A stretch of DNA of 64,000 nt from Selaginella moellendorffii. Its lineage: Eukaryota; Plantae; Lycopodiophyta. Made by a program: the position numbers and the translations under genes. A model generated the notes under the pieces. The model made no database searches. It was given only the letters and a program-made list of their open reading frames with translations, and was not told the origin of the DNA. Shown in pieces: positions 1 through 10,987 of the stretch (positions are counted from its first letter, which is position 1; every line of letters starts with the position of its first letter). The stretch lies in the NCBI RefSeq assembly GCF_000143415.4, contig NW_003314261.1, positions 5,730,360-5,794,359 of the forward strand. Reading direction: 5' to 3'.

Positions 1-155
1 TCCGACTGTGTAATGAATTTTACTGCGAACGATTCAGACACCTTAGATTTCCCTGGGCCGTTGGATGGGCGGGATCCAACGGCCGCGCGGGACCCAACCG
101 AGGCCGTTGGATGTGGGCAAAGAGAGAAAAGAGCGCTTGTTCGTAATCCAAAGCT

Positions 156-2341
156 ATGGCGGGGGAGTCGAATCCAAGGCCACCGGCGAGGCCGCCAGCG
201 CCCCCGCTGCTCTTCCAATTCCCGACGCTCAGCCCGCAGCCCATCTGGTCGATTCACGCCCAGGGGCAACAGCAGCAGCGGCAGCAAATGGCCGCTCCAT
301 CGATGATGCTACCGCCTCCACAATCGCTGGAGTTCCACCAAATGCCGCAGCAGCGCTTCATCGCGATCCCACCGCAGCAGCAGCAGCAGCAGCAGTATCA
401 TCTCCAGCAGCAGCAGCAGCAAGGTGGGTTTCGTGGAAACCTAAATTTCCAGAGACCATCTCCAGCCCCCGACTTGAACAGCCCGGCCTCGCCATCGCCG
501 GCCCAGCTCGGATTCTATGCCCGACACCACCAAAAATCGCAGCACATGGTCTTCCTCGAGCGCGCCGGAGCTCTCGTGGATCAAACGACGTTCTTGAAAG
601 AAACATCGCCTTTGGCGCCTGTTCTTCCGCCTCCTCCGCCTCCTCCTCCTCGAGCTCAGTGCCAGCAGCTCCAGCAGCCTCTCGATCTTTCCAAGCGCCA
701 TTTCTCCTCCAAGAACGAGGCGAGACAGGCAAAGAAATCAAAGAGAATGGAAATGCCGGCTGTGCAAACTCCGCCGCCGCCGCAAAGATCGAGCCCCTTC
801 GGTAGAGAGGACCTGGAGCAGCCGGAATCGAGAGTTTATCCGGCTCCACTCGCGGATCATCGAGAAGTTGTCGCGGACGAGAAGCTCTTTCTCAGCACGC
901 TCTCGAAGTTTTACGAAGCCATGGGTGGAACTCCACTCCGGTAAGAGCTTGCGATCATAAAAAAAACATTCTTTTTTCTATTGCTCTCGAGACTTTATTA
1001 CTTGGTTTTCCTGGCAGGCTTCCTCGCTTCCATGGCAAAGACTTTGAGATCCATCGGCTGTATTGCGAGGTCTCGGAGCAAGGAGGCATGCTTAAGGTTT
1101 TCTTCTCGCGAGAAAGAGAACAATCCCGAAACTAGCTTCGTGTCTTGCAGGTTATCAGGGAGAAGAAATGGAAAGATATCGCCACAGCATTTGATCTTCC
1201 TCGAAACGTGACGAACCCCGTGTTTTTCCTGCGTAAAAACTACGAGAAGTTTCTTCATCACTACGAGCAAGTGTATTTTCACAGAAAAACTGGAGCACAC
1301 ATTCCACCACCCGGTAAACAAAATTCTTTGTTTTTGTCGCAAAGCTGATCTGATCATTCTCAAACAGGACCTTTGCCAATGCCAGCTCCAGTTTCAGAAA
1401 ACATCAAAGACCATGACTCGAATAACGATAGTAGCAAATTGAATCAAACTCCAGGTGAGTTATTTTCACGAAATAAAATAAATAAATAACTGTGACAATC
1501 TGGTATCTATGTGTGTGTGTGTGTTTTTTTTTGTAGCAAATCCAGCATCTTCACTCGGCCATACTGTAACCGGAGCCATCGAAGGAAAGTTCGAGCATGG
1601 ATACTTCGTCACAGTCGTGGTTGGATCAGAGAAACTACGAGGTGTGATCTACAGTGTTCCTCAAAGTCTGGCCGAAGCACAGGAGCAATTCGCAGATGTA
1701 GAGAGCAACACTGCGGAGAATCCGCAGTTGCTGGATCCGCCCGACAAAAAAGCTGGTAACATAAAAGCTCGTCCTCGGAAGAAGGAGAAACGAAAGCGAA
1801 GGGTGGAGGGAATCAAATCAGTGAGGAATGGATACAACTTCTTCGTCGGGGAGCAAAGACAGAAACTCAAAGGAGGAGGAGGACGAGATGAAATGAGTAA
1901 GATCATCGGGGATCTCTGGTCCAAACTCTCGGAGGAAGAGAAAGAGGTTCGTCTTCCACTCTTTTACGGTGTTCTTTCGATCTAAGATAGTTGTTCTTCG
2001 TTTTTCAGCCTTACAGGGAGATGAGCAAGAGGGACAAAGAACGATTCAGCCGAGAAGTGGAAGAAAAGAAGCAGCGAGAGCTTCGCGCTTCAGAGAGTCA
2101 TTTGGATTCGGGTCTGCAAGACGATGGTGGCGACGACGACGACGAAGACGATGACGAAAAGCAAGCTAGGAGCGAAAATGCGGTCGAAAGATACAACGTT
2201 CAGCTCAACACGAACGAGCAGCAAATCGAGAACTTTGCTCCAAACTATTTGGAGCATCCGATCGATTTCACTCAGCACCAACAAGCCGATTTTACTCCAA
2301 ACCATTTGCACTATCAACAAGCTCGTGTACAGGAGACGTAA
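156..2341 (+). CDS. ARID-HMG box DNA-binding protein (plant HMGB9/15-like), multi-exon, long Q/P-rich N-terminus
   Basis: ARID pieces (EKLFLSTLSKFYEAMG; VIREKKWKDIATAFDLP...LRKNYEKFLHHYEQVYF), the conserved middle block VTGAIEGKFEHGYFVTVVVGSEKLRGVIY, and an HMG box (RNGYNFFVGEQRQKL...IIGDLWSKLSEEEKE/PYRE). GT-AG introns, e.g. 941-1017. Confidence 0.9.
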
Positions 2342-2940
2342 GATTGGATAGAAAACTCACAACTCTAACTAGTTTTGTTCTACCTTTTTTCGAAGTTTAT
2401 GTCCTTCGTGTTTATTTTTCTCTTGTTCCTGTAAGTCAACTTCTTCGTTTCATCCACACGCATTGGCTGCCGTCGATCCATGGGCTTGATCCAAGGGCTG
2501 CGAGGGGTTGGTAATGCTAACGCCGGGCTCGTGGAATGGAGGCTATATAGAAGCTGTGCCCATGCATTGCAGTGCTGGTGGCTTTAGGGATTTATTTTAG
2601 GGCATCGGGTTCGTGGATGGCGCTGGCGCTGGCCATGGCGCCGTGCTGCCGCTGATCGATGCTGCTGCTAGGTCACTCAAAGTTGGCCCATTCTCACGAG
2701 ATTTCAGCTGCTGCGTGCCGTCTAAGGTGAGCGATGCGCGGCGCATGTCGATCTTTGGTGCTCATTCTGTGTTTCTCGTACTACGTCAGAAGCGCCAAGC
2801 CGACGGGAAGAAGAAGAAGCTCCGGTGAGGTAAGAATGCCGCTCTCTCTGTCTCTCGAGTATCTTTGCCTGCGCCGACTCTAGATTTGTGAAAGAGAGCG
2901 TGAAATTTCGGGATCCGGTGTGATGTCCGCAGGTAGAAAG

Positions 2941-3052
2941 ATGCCGTCTGAGGAGCGTGGAAACGGGGGAGAGGCCCCCAACGAAGACCCATCACCGGAA
3001 TGTAGTAACGATGCTGCTGCTGCTCCTGCCGTGGATGCTACTACTCCGGCTG

Positions 3053-3093
<41 letters not shown>

Positions 3094-4935
3094 ACTGCTG
3101 GTGATGGTCCTCCAGGTAAAAACTTTTGCTTGAGGACTTTGGTGCTTAGTTCGGATTCTTTTGCAGTGGCTGCCGACGCTACTCCGGCTCGATCTCCTCC
3201 TGTCGATGGCTCCAATGAGTAAGCTGTTTGGTGCTCTCGATATTTAGTCGCCTTGAGTGGCATATATGGAATTTTTTTCTTCTCTTTTTCTTAAATGTTT
3301 CAGGTACATCACAGTGTACTTAAGCGAGATTCGAAAGGAGATGCAGTGTCCCATTTGTTTGGGTATTTCACACGGCTACCCGCAGTTTGGCTACAGTAAC
3401 TTGTGGATTTTTGTTGCAGGTATCATCCGGAAGACAAGGACGGTTATGGAGTGCTTGCACAGATTTTGTAGAGAGTGTATAGACAAGTCGATGCGTTTGG
3501 GGTACGATGAGCGTTTTTCTTTTTCTTTCATGTTCGTGTCTAATAACTTGGGCGATTGATCTACAGGAACAATGAGTGCCCTGCATGTCGTACCCATTGC
3601 GCCAGTAGGAGGTCTTTACGGGATGATCCGAATTTTGATTCATTAATTGCGGCGTTGTACCAGGATATCGACAAGTATGAAGAAGAGGTACGAAGCCCAA
3701 CTTCTATGTTTATGTGCTAAGCTGTATGTTTTAACAGTATCAACTTTTCATCTAGGAAATGTCTTTGCTCGAAGAAGAGACGTGGAAGAATAAGCAGGTA
3801 ACCATCTCGGTTGACCCTGCATCGCTCGCTGGTTGTTAACGTCGAACGGCTTCCAGATCCAGGCTGACATCGCGGAAACCGCCAAACGACAGTCCGAAGC
3901 ACTTGCCAAACGCAGAACAGCTAAAGCCACTGCTGCTGCTATTGTCAGAAAGGCCCACGGTAAGTTCAGGCCTGTATCAGGTCGAAGGGGGCGAGGCGGC
4001 TCCAGGCGGAGAAGTTCGAGAAGAGAACTTTCGCCTTTGGAAGACGAAAGTGACTACTATATGGAGAAAGACGTTCCTGTGGAGCCAAGGAGAACATCTA
4101 CTCGCAAGAGACAGAGACCTGTTACGTTTGACTCGTCGCTAAGTGTCAGCATTGAGGAAGAAAGTAACGACAGTGACGACGAAGTGGACGATGTCGTAGC
4201 TCGCAGAAGGCATGCATCTCCAGCGACAGGAAATGGAGACGCTATGGTAACCTGGGCAAGAGCTGGCACTCGCAGTCACACACGGTATGGAAGCGTTAGT
4301 ACTGGCGCTGGAAACAGTGCCAGGCACCTGCGGTGTATGCGTGCTACAGTTCTACTTGAGTCTCTGGCCGCTGCTACGTACAAAGATATCAATGAGGTTT
4401 GTAGAGTGACCTTGTTTTCTCGTTTTGTTTTCTTAGCAAAACTTATAACGAATTTTTATTTTGCAGCTTGATGTCCAGTTCAGTTTAATGCCAATGATGG
4501 ATGACTCGAATGCCGCAAACAATCTTCCAAGTCTCGAGAGGCCTCACTTGTGCTGCTCACCAAAACTGTCTATCCAACAAGTTTGTTCGGTATGCTGTTA
4601 CAAGTTTCCTTGTTTTAGGGAATCAGTTACTGACTGCTATCACTTGCAGTTTCTTATGAGTCACGACTTGTTCCCAATGGATACGGAACTCGAAATTGTT
4701 GCGGAATGTGATTGCAGAGATCCCCTCGTCCGTGAAAAGCTGCAAAACAAGGAGCCCAGTGCCAATAGCGGGAAATTTGTGGAGATTCTCGACATGAATG
4801 CTACTCTAGGCGACGTTTATACTGCTTACTGGAATAGATACAACAACTTGGTAAGTCATTAGCGTCATTCTTCTTTGTGTAGTAACCTATATCTGTTGCT
4901 CGCAGTCCTTGCTGTACCGGAGAAAGTGTCAATAA
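2941..4935 (+). CDS. RING1: Polycomb PRC1 RING1-type E3 ubiquitin ligase (RING plus C-terminal RAWUL-like region)
   Basis: Spliced exons give EIRKEMQCPICLGIIRKTRTVMECLHRFCRECIDKSMRLGNNECPACRTHCASRRSLRDDPNFD, plus C-terminal LPSLERPHLCCSP. The last exon 4906-4935 ends in TAA. Confidence 0.9.
3012..3099 (+). repeat. (GCT)n/(ACT) trinucleotide tract encoding poly-Ala in RING1 exon 1
   Basis: Direct inspection of gctgctgct runs. Confidence 0.85.
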
Positions 4936-5024
4936 CTTGTAACCCGTGACGCGTGAGCAGTGTACCATAGCAAGCACACTTTGTAGTCAGTTAGAGGAGA
5001 TTGAGCTAGTTTTTTGCATGTATA

Positions 5025-6458
5025 TTGACGAGGAAACACTTTGCAAACACATTTTCTTCCTCGAGGTATGGATTGTCCACTTTGTTGAGCTTTAAAAGAG
5101 TTTTCTCCGCAGGTTTGAAACTAGATATGGATTTTTCTATCAACAAGGTTCTTCCCCACTCGCCTGCATGGCGGGGGAAAAGCGTGCTGTTTGATAAGAA
5201 AGTAGAAGTTACTAGGGAGGAGCCCCTCGACTTTTCAACAGCGTGGAAGCAGGAGGCTTTCAGAATGCATCTCCGGTGTGGGGGCATTGACCAGGCCGAG
5301 AAACTCTTCAGCAAGCTCCACACGCAGGATGTTATGCAGTACACCCTGCTCATCTCGGCTCTGGTCAGGGAAGGAAGATTTCACGACGCAGTCGGCTGGT
5401 TCCAGAGAATGCTGCTAGAAGGGAGAAAGCCAGATCGAGTTTGCTTCGTAGCAGTTGTGGGTGCTTACGGTGGGATTGGGGACTTGGACAAGGCAAAGTT
5501 TATCCATGGCTACCTCTACAGGTCTGGCTACGAGGCTGATATCATAGTCGGGACTGCTCTCGTCAACTTGTATGCCAAGTGCGGTAGCTTCCGGAACGCT
5601 CGGCTCATGTTCGGCAGGATCACTTCGAGCTCGACAGTGCTGTGGAACGCGATGATCACTGCGTATACCCAGAGCAGGTATGTGGAGCTCTACTGCGGCG
5701 AGGTTGTCAGCTTGTTTCAGCGGATGTGCTTGCAAGGGATCAGAGCGAACCAGGTGACGTTCGTCGCCGTGCTAAACGCCTGCGTTGGCCCGTCCATGGC
5801 GGAGGAAGTAGAAAGGATACATGGGCTGGTGACCGAGAGTGGTTTTCAAGGCGAGCTTCTCGTCCAGACCGCGTTGATCAAGGCTTATGGGAGAGCAAAG
5901 CTCGCGGGGATTGCTACGAGGATCTTCGAGGGGATAGTGGAGCGGGACATCGTTGCCTGGAACACTATGGTGGCGGCTTATGAAGCCGCGGGTCACTTCC
6001 GCGAGGCCGTGCACACCTTCTGGCAAATGCGAGCCGAGAGCCGAGTAACTCCAAACAGGATCTCCTTCGCGGCCGTGCTGAGAGCTTGCGCCGGTCTCCA
6101 GGACTTGAGGCAGACCGAGAGAGTTCATGGTCTTACGATGGAGTTGGGGATGGCTGGGGACGAAGAGGTGCAAGCGAGCCTCGTGGATGCGTATCTGGCG
6201 TGCGGCTCTCCAAGCGGAGCTCTCGGGATCTTTGGCTCGATGGTATCGCGGCCTCCTCGTTCGTGGAGGTCGGCCTTGCGAGCCGCGGGAGACGTGGTGG
6301 TGTTTAGATTGATGATGCTGGATCAAGGGTCAGCAGCAGTGGATGGAGTTACGCTGGGTGCTGCGCTTGGATTCTGTGAAACACGGGCTGACGTAGAGCT
6401 CGTCCGTGCGTGTGCTAAAGAAGCCGGGCTGGACCTGGACGAGGAACGGGCTTGGTAA
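5025..6458 (+). CDS. PLS-class pentatricopeptide repeat protein, intronless, no clear E/DYW end; true start uncertain
   Basis: Repeated PPR motifs (DVMQYTLLISAL, VGTALVNLYAKCGS, LWNAMITAY, DIVAWNTMVAAY, PNRISFAAVLRAC). Confidence 0.85.
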   Translation: MTRKHFANTFSSSRYGLSTLLSFKRVFSAGLKLDMDFSINKVLPHSPAWRGKSVLFDKKVEVTREEPLDFSTAWKQEAFRMHLRCGGIDQAEKLFSKLHTQDVMQYTLLISALVREGRFHDAVGWFQRMLLEGRKPDRVCFVAVVGAYGGIGDLDKAKFIHGYLYRSGYEADIIVGTALVNLYAKCGSFRNARLMFGRITSSSTVLWNAMITAYTQSRYVELYCGEVVSLFQRMCLQGIRANQVTFVAVLNACVGPSMAEEVERIHGLVTESGFQGELLVQTALIKAYGRAKLAGIATRIFEGIVERDIVAWNTMVAAYEAAGHFREAVHTFWQMRAESRVTPNRISFAAVLRACAGLQDLRQTERVHGLTMELGMAGDEEVQASLVDAYLACGSPSGALGIFGSMVSRPPRSWRSALRAAGDVVVFRLMMLDQGSAAVDGVTLGAALGFCETRADVELVRACAKEAGLDLDEERAW

Positions 6459-6722
6459 GATCCTGAAACGTCTGCATGAGAATTTTAAAAAGCTCTCTTT
6501 AGTAAACCTTTCTTTATCTTTGTCGTCAATGTCCAAATGCCAGTGAGCTAGCAAGACAAAATAGGTGTCAATTAACGAAATTCTTGTCTTTTAAGGAAGA
6601 ATATTTATTTTAAAATGTTTTTATACTTGCTTTATTCCATGCTCTTAAAAAACACTTTCACAACAAACAATGCTGGGGTAAATAAAAGATGGGTTAGATG
6701 AAATTGCATCTATAGCTAAGTC

Positions 6723-7134
6723 ATGTCTAACCAATTAAAATTTTCTATTTTCACTATAGTTTCTTTTATATTGGTGAGCAAATAATTTTTATTATGTTTT
6801 CTAACCCATTTCTTCTTTGTAGTGGATTAATATTTTTGGTTATGGGGATGAATGTAATGGGCAATTTAATCTATCTTGTAGTCTTTTGACATGTATTAAC
6901 AGGTATTTAACAGCTTCATGTTTAACAACTGATCTCACCATTAGTGTTCAAACAAATATCCAAATAGAAAATTGTGTTCCAGAGGTAACAAGTTGTAGTG
7001 TGGGTAATGCTGGTGAGTTTACATGTGTGGATGCCGGAGGTAATGAGATAACTCAAGAAGTATTTTGTGCAATTGTAAATACTAATGGTCAACTCTCCTG
7101 TGTACCACATGATCCAGAGGAGCCATTTACTTGA
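6723..7134 (+). CDS. Small secreted Cys-rich protein, CVNH (cyanovirin-N)-like, copy 1 (exons 6723-6773, 6823-7134; 120 aa)
   Basis: ATG 6723 opens hydrophobic exon MSNQLKFSIFTIVSFIL, followed by a 49-nt GTGAG...TAG phase-0 intron and an in-frame exon 2 with 9 Cys. A paralog at 15015-15446 has the same exon structure. The CVNH label rests on a visual motif match only. Confidence 0.8.
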
Positions 7135-7978
7135 ATAATAAATAAAGTATTAAATTATTCTATATTTATTATGTATGGTAGTAGATATAATAGTTTTTAT
7201 TGTAGTATATTTTTAAATTTCATCAAAGTTTTAATTTAACCAAAATAATTATTTCATTAAAATGATATTAAAGTTAAACTGATTAGCTTATTACTATTAT
7301 TAAACTACTGATAATGTTATTATTAACCACTCAACATCTCCCTAGTGAGTGTTCTTCACTGTTTGACAAAGATCTCTTTGATCTAATTAGATCTAGGATA
7401 AATCAATTGAGCTGGTGGGATTGAGCAATAGTTTCTTCTCAGTCAGATTCAAAGAGCCATTGTAAGTGTTGGAAGCATTTGTTACCGAGATTTCAAATTA
7501 TATTATGCTCTAAATTGAATTCTAGTTAAATTCATATAATATTTGATTAAATGCAAAAATATAAAGAGAATATGGTTAAGGTACCACATGCTAAACCATA
7601 TGTTATTCAGAAGAATGAAAGATATAGAACTTTTGCCAATGTTTCTTCATGCTCTGAACTTAATATGGCTCTAAGCCCAGCTCTAGTGTTTGGAATAATA
7701 GTGACTTCTTTCCTGATTCCTTAACATGCACAGGCAGAAGAGATAAAACCTGGAGAATATCCAGGCATATTCCTGGATATCCCTTAATTATTTCTGATGT
7801 TAATATTCTTTTATCAAAGCCTACTTCCATAGAAGAACACCTTGGTGGTTTGTATACCACCTTCGCACTAACTTCTACTAGTAGCTGGAGGGCCAATTTG
7901 GCCTAGGATTATGCCACTTTCCAGGCGGAGGTGTTTAAGAAGCAGTTCAAGCTAGGGTTTCTTGGCTTGGTCTTTATC

Positions 7979-8520
7979 TCACATGGTAGTGGCTAATCCC
8001 ACTTCGCCACGAAGCACTTCCGGAGCATCACTGCATGGGCAATGCTGGCTGGATAGATCCACTGCGTCAGGGTCATGCGTAATGTAGGGCTCTGGTGTTT
8101 TTCTCACGTACTTGCAAGTGTTATCAAGATCAGGCCTCAACACCGAGATCATGCTCACAAGCCCCAAGTTCGAGATGATCTCTTGTCCCTCACCCCAAGC
8201 TCGACGATCACGACCAGGAGCCTCAAAAGCTCGTCCATTTTTTACAAAATCTTTGACTAGAAGGTGGCATTCCTGATCTTCGAGCGCTAGCGGGAGTATC
8301 TGGTTGAAAATCAGGCCAAACTCTCGAGCTTTGTCAGTCAGCTGCCTCATAGCCAGCTCCCTCTGCAGAGGCGTGCCATTCTTCACCTTGAGTAGTAGCT
8401 TCATGATCTGCCTCTCGATCATGTCTCATTCTCAGACATGTCCTCCTCCTTGTATTACTTGACATCCTCAGCCTTCATCAGCAAACCATCCAGATTTTTC
8501 GTCAAAACACCATACTCCTG
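7979..8520 (-). pseudogene. SF3B1 (U2 snRNP splicing factor) fragment, internally deleted
   Basis: [31 protein letters not shown]...FNQILPL...[11 protein letters not shown] and [13 protein letters not shown] match SF3B1 HEAT-region motifs with many missing segments. Confidence 0.8.
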
Positions 8521-8701
8521 ACTGTGATCGTCTACGCTGGAAACCAGAGTTGGAGTTTCCGCAAGCACAAGGTTCCAAGGTGGCAAGCATAGTTGGGGCT
8601 GACTTTGCTAAGATGAGAGGCTTAAGACTTTACCTTTTTAGATTAGCAAACCAAGCATTTTCTTAACAAATAGTTTTGCCCTAAACTCTCTGCGCTAGGT
8701 C

Positions 8702-9544
8702 ATGGCGGATCCCTCCGTGATTCAACAGGTGAGTAAGTCTGGATGGAGAGAATGCAGCACTCCTCCTTGGACGCTTTGTGCCTCGCAGGCTGTGGAGCAA
8801 CAGGTGCTGACAGTTGCCAAGGTGATCGAGGAGCAGCTCGACGATGAGATCTCCAAGCTCGACAGGCTCGACGACGACGATCTGGAGAGGCTGCGCGAGC
8901 AGCGCCTGGCGCAGATGAAGCAAATGGCCGCCAAGAGGCAGCAGTGGCTCGCCCTCGGCCATGGCGACTACCAGGAGATCCACTCGGAGAAGGATTTCTT
9001 CGCGGTGGCCAAGGCCAGCGAGCGCGTCGTGTGTCACTTTTACAGAGAAAACTGGCCCTGCAAGGTACATTCTCCTCTTCTTCCCTTTCTCTCTTTCTCT
9101 CTTCTGTTACGCAGCATTTCTTCCTTCTCAGGTGGTGGACAAGCATCTCGACATCCTCGCAAAGCAACACCTCGAGACGAGATTCGTGAAGATCCATGCC
9201 GAGAAGAGCCCCTTCCTCACGGAGAGGCTCAAGATCGTCATGCTGCCCACGCTGGCTCTCATCAAGAAAGGCAAGGTCGACGATTACGTGGTGAGTATAA
9301 ATAAGCTCTGCCTCCATTCCATGCGAGAGCTCCAAAAACTTTTGCCTCGATCGATCAACAGGTTGGATTCGATGAGCTCGGTGCCACCGATGAATTCAGC
9401 ACGGAAGAGCTGGAGGAGAGGCTCGCGAGATCGAGCATCGTCATGGCGGACGGGCAGAGCTCGCTGGACAGATCCAGAGAGACAGTCCGGCGAAATGTTC
9501 GTCAAAGCAGCCGCGACAGCGACTCCAACTCGGACGATGACTGA
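8702..9544 (+). CDS. Thioredoxin domain-containing protein 9 / phosducin-like PLP3 (4 exons)
   Basis: LERLREQRLAQMK...GHGDYQEI..EKDFF..VVCHFY..WPCK|VVDKHL..LAKQHLETRFVKIHAEKSPFLTERLKIVMLPTLALIK|VGFDELG. Stop TGA at 9542-9544. Confidence 0.92.
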
Positions 9545-9670
9545 CGGCTTAGCTAGAACATAACAGAATATCCGTAGCACTTGTCGGAATATTCTTTCCT
9601 TGCTTATCTATATATCTGGGGTTTAATCGTTTTCGCTGCCTTTTGGGGATTTTAGGGTTCTTGAGGAGCG

Positions 9671-10697
9671 ATGGGAGAGCGCAAGGTCTTGAACAAGTAC
9701 TACCCGCCGGATTTCGATCCGGCGATTCTTCGGCGGCTGCCCAAGACCGAGAAGAAGCAGATCAAGGTGCGTATGATGCTTCCCATGAGCATCCGGTGCA
9801 ACACCTGCGGGAATTACATCTACAAGGGCACCAAATTCAACTCTCGCAAGGAAGACGTTGTGGGAAAGGTATGTAGAGTTCTTGGGATTACTCTCTTTGT
9901 ATTTTTCTTTCTTTCCTAGCTCGATCGGACACTCTACTTAGTATCTTGGGTGTACTGTGCAGACTTACCTGGGCATACAAATCTTCCGCTTCTACTTCAA
10001 GTGTACCAAGTGCTCCGCGGAGCTGGCTATGGTGACGGATCCTCAAAACAGTGACTACGTGATGGAGTCTGGAGCGAAGCGGAACTTTGAGCCGTGGCGG
10101 GAGCAGGACGAGGCGATGGAGAACGCGAAGAAGCAGCGGGAGATCGATGAGATGGGCGATGCGATGAAGGCGCTGGAGAACAAGACCGTGGATTCCAAGC
10201 AGGAGATGGACATCATGGCGGCGCTGGACGAGATGAAGTCGATGCGAGCGAGGCACGCTCAAGTGGACACGGCCGCGATGCTCGAGGTCCTGCAACGCAC
10301 CGCCGCTGCAAACATGCAGAAGAGGATCGATGAGGAAGACGAGGAGATTCTACGAAGCGTGGTTTTCAGAGTAAGTTCTTCCTTGTCGTTTTTGGTTCTA
10401 AGCTTTGAGTTTCCTTAGAACTCGGAGGGCTACGTGAAAAGGCTCATGGACGACGAAGACGACGACGAAGATGAGCCAAGGAAGAAGCAAAACGTGGAAA
10501 CGAATCCAGTGCCTAAGCCGCCATTGCCAGCGGCTGCCAAGAAAGCAAGTGGCGGCCCAAAGTTCATCATCAAACCTGTCGAGAAAAGCATCAAACCAGT
10601 CGAGAAGAGCAACGTAAGTAGTGCTGCTCCTCAAGCTAACGGTGCGCTCTCCTCGCTTGGGGCCTATGCTTCGGACGACGACGACGACGAGGAATAG
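9671..10697 (+). CDS. YJU2: Splicing factor YJU2/CCDC94 (CWC16 family), 3 exons
   Basis: [17 protein letters not shown]...[29 protein letters not shown]|[32 protein letters not shown]. Confidence 0.93.
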
Positions 10698-10987
10698 CTC
10701 CAGAAGCCCAGGAGAAGTTCCCAGATTATTGGAGCTAGCTGCTAAGCGAAGATCATAGATACTTCACCGCAGCTCCATCGTCACAATCACGGTGGGAGAA
10801 ACAGTAAATGATTCTATAGTTTGCTACTACTGAGAGTGAGAACTTTTCCAGGGTCTTTGGAAAGGACACACGCATCACTTCAGTTTGACTCCTATAATCC
10901 TAAATTCTATCTTTTTTCCACCGGTAAAGAGTTTCCTTCTCCAAAATTCCTGGGTTTGAAATGTACAGTTCTTGGTCGTTCTTCCTG

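Noticed and set aside
7600-7975. Coding-like stretch upstream of the SF3B1 remnant
   Set aside because: Interrupted by stops, and no family recognised.
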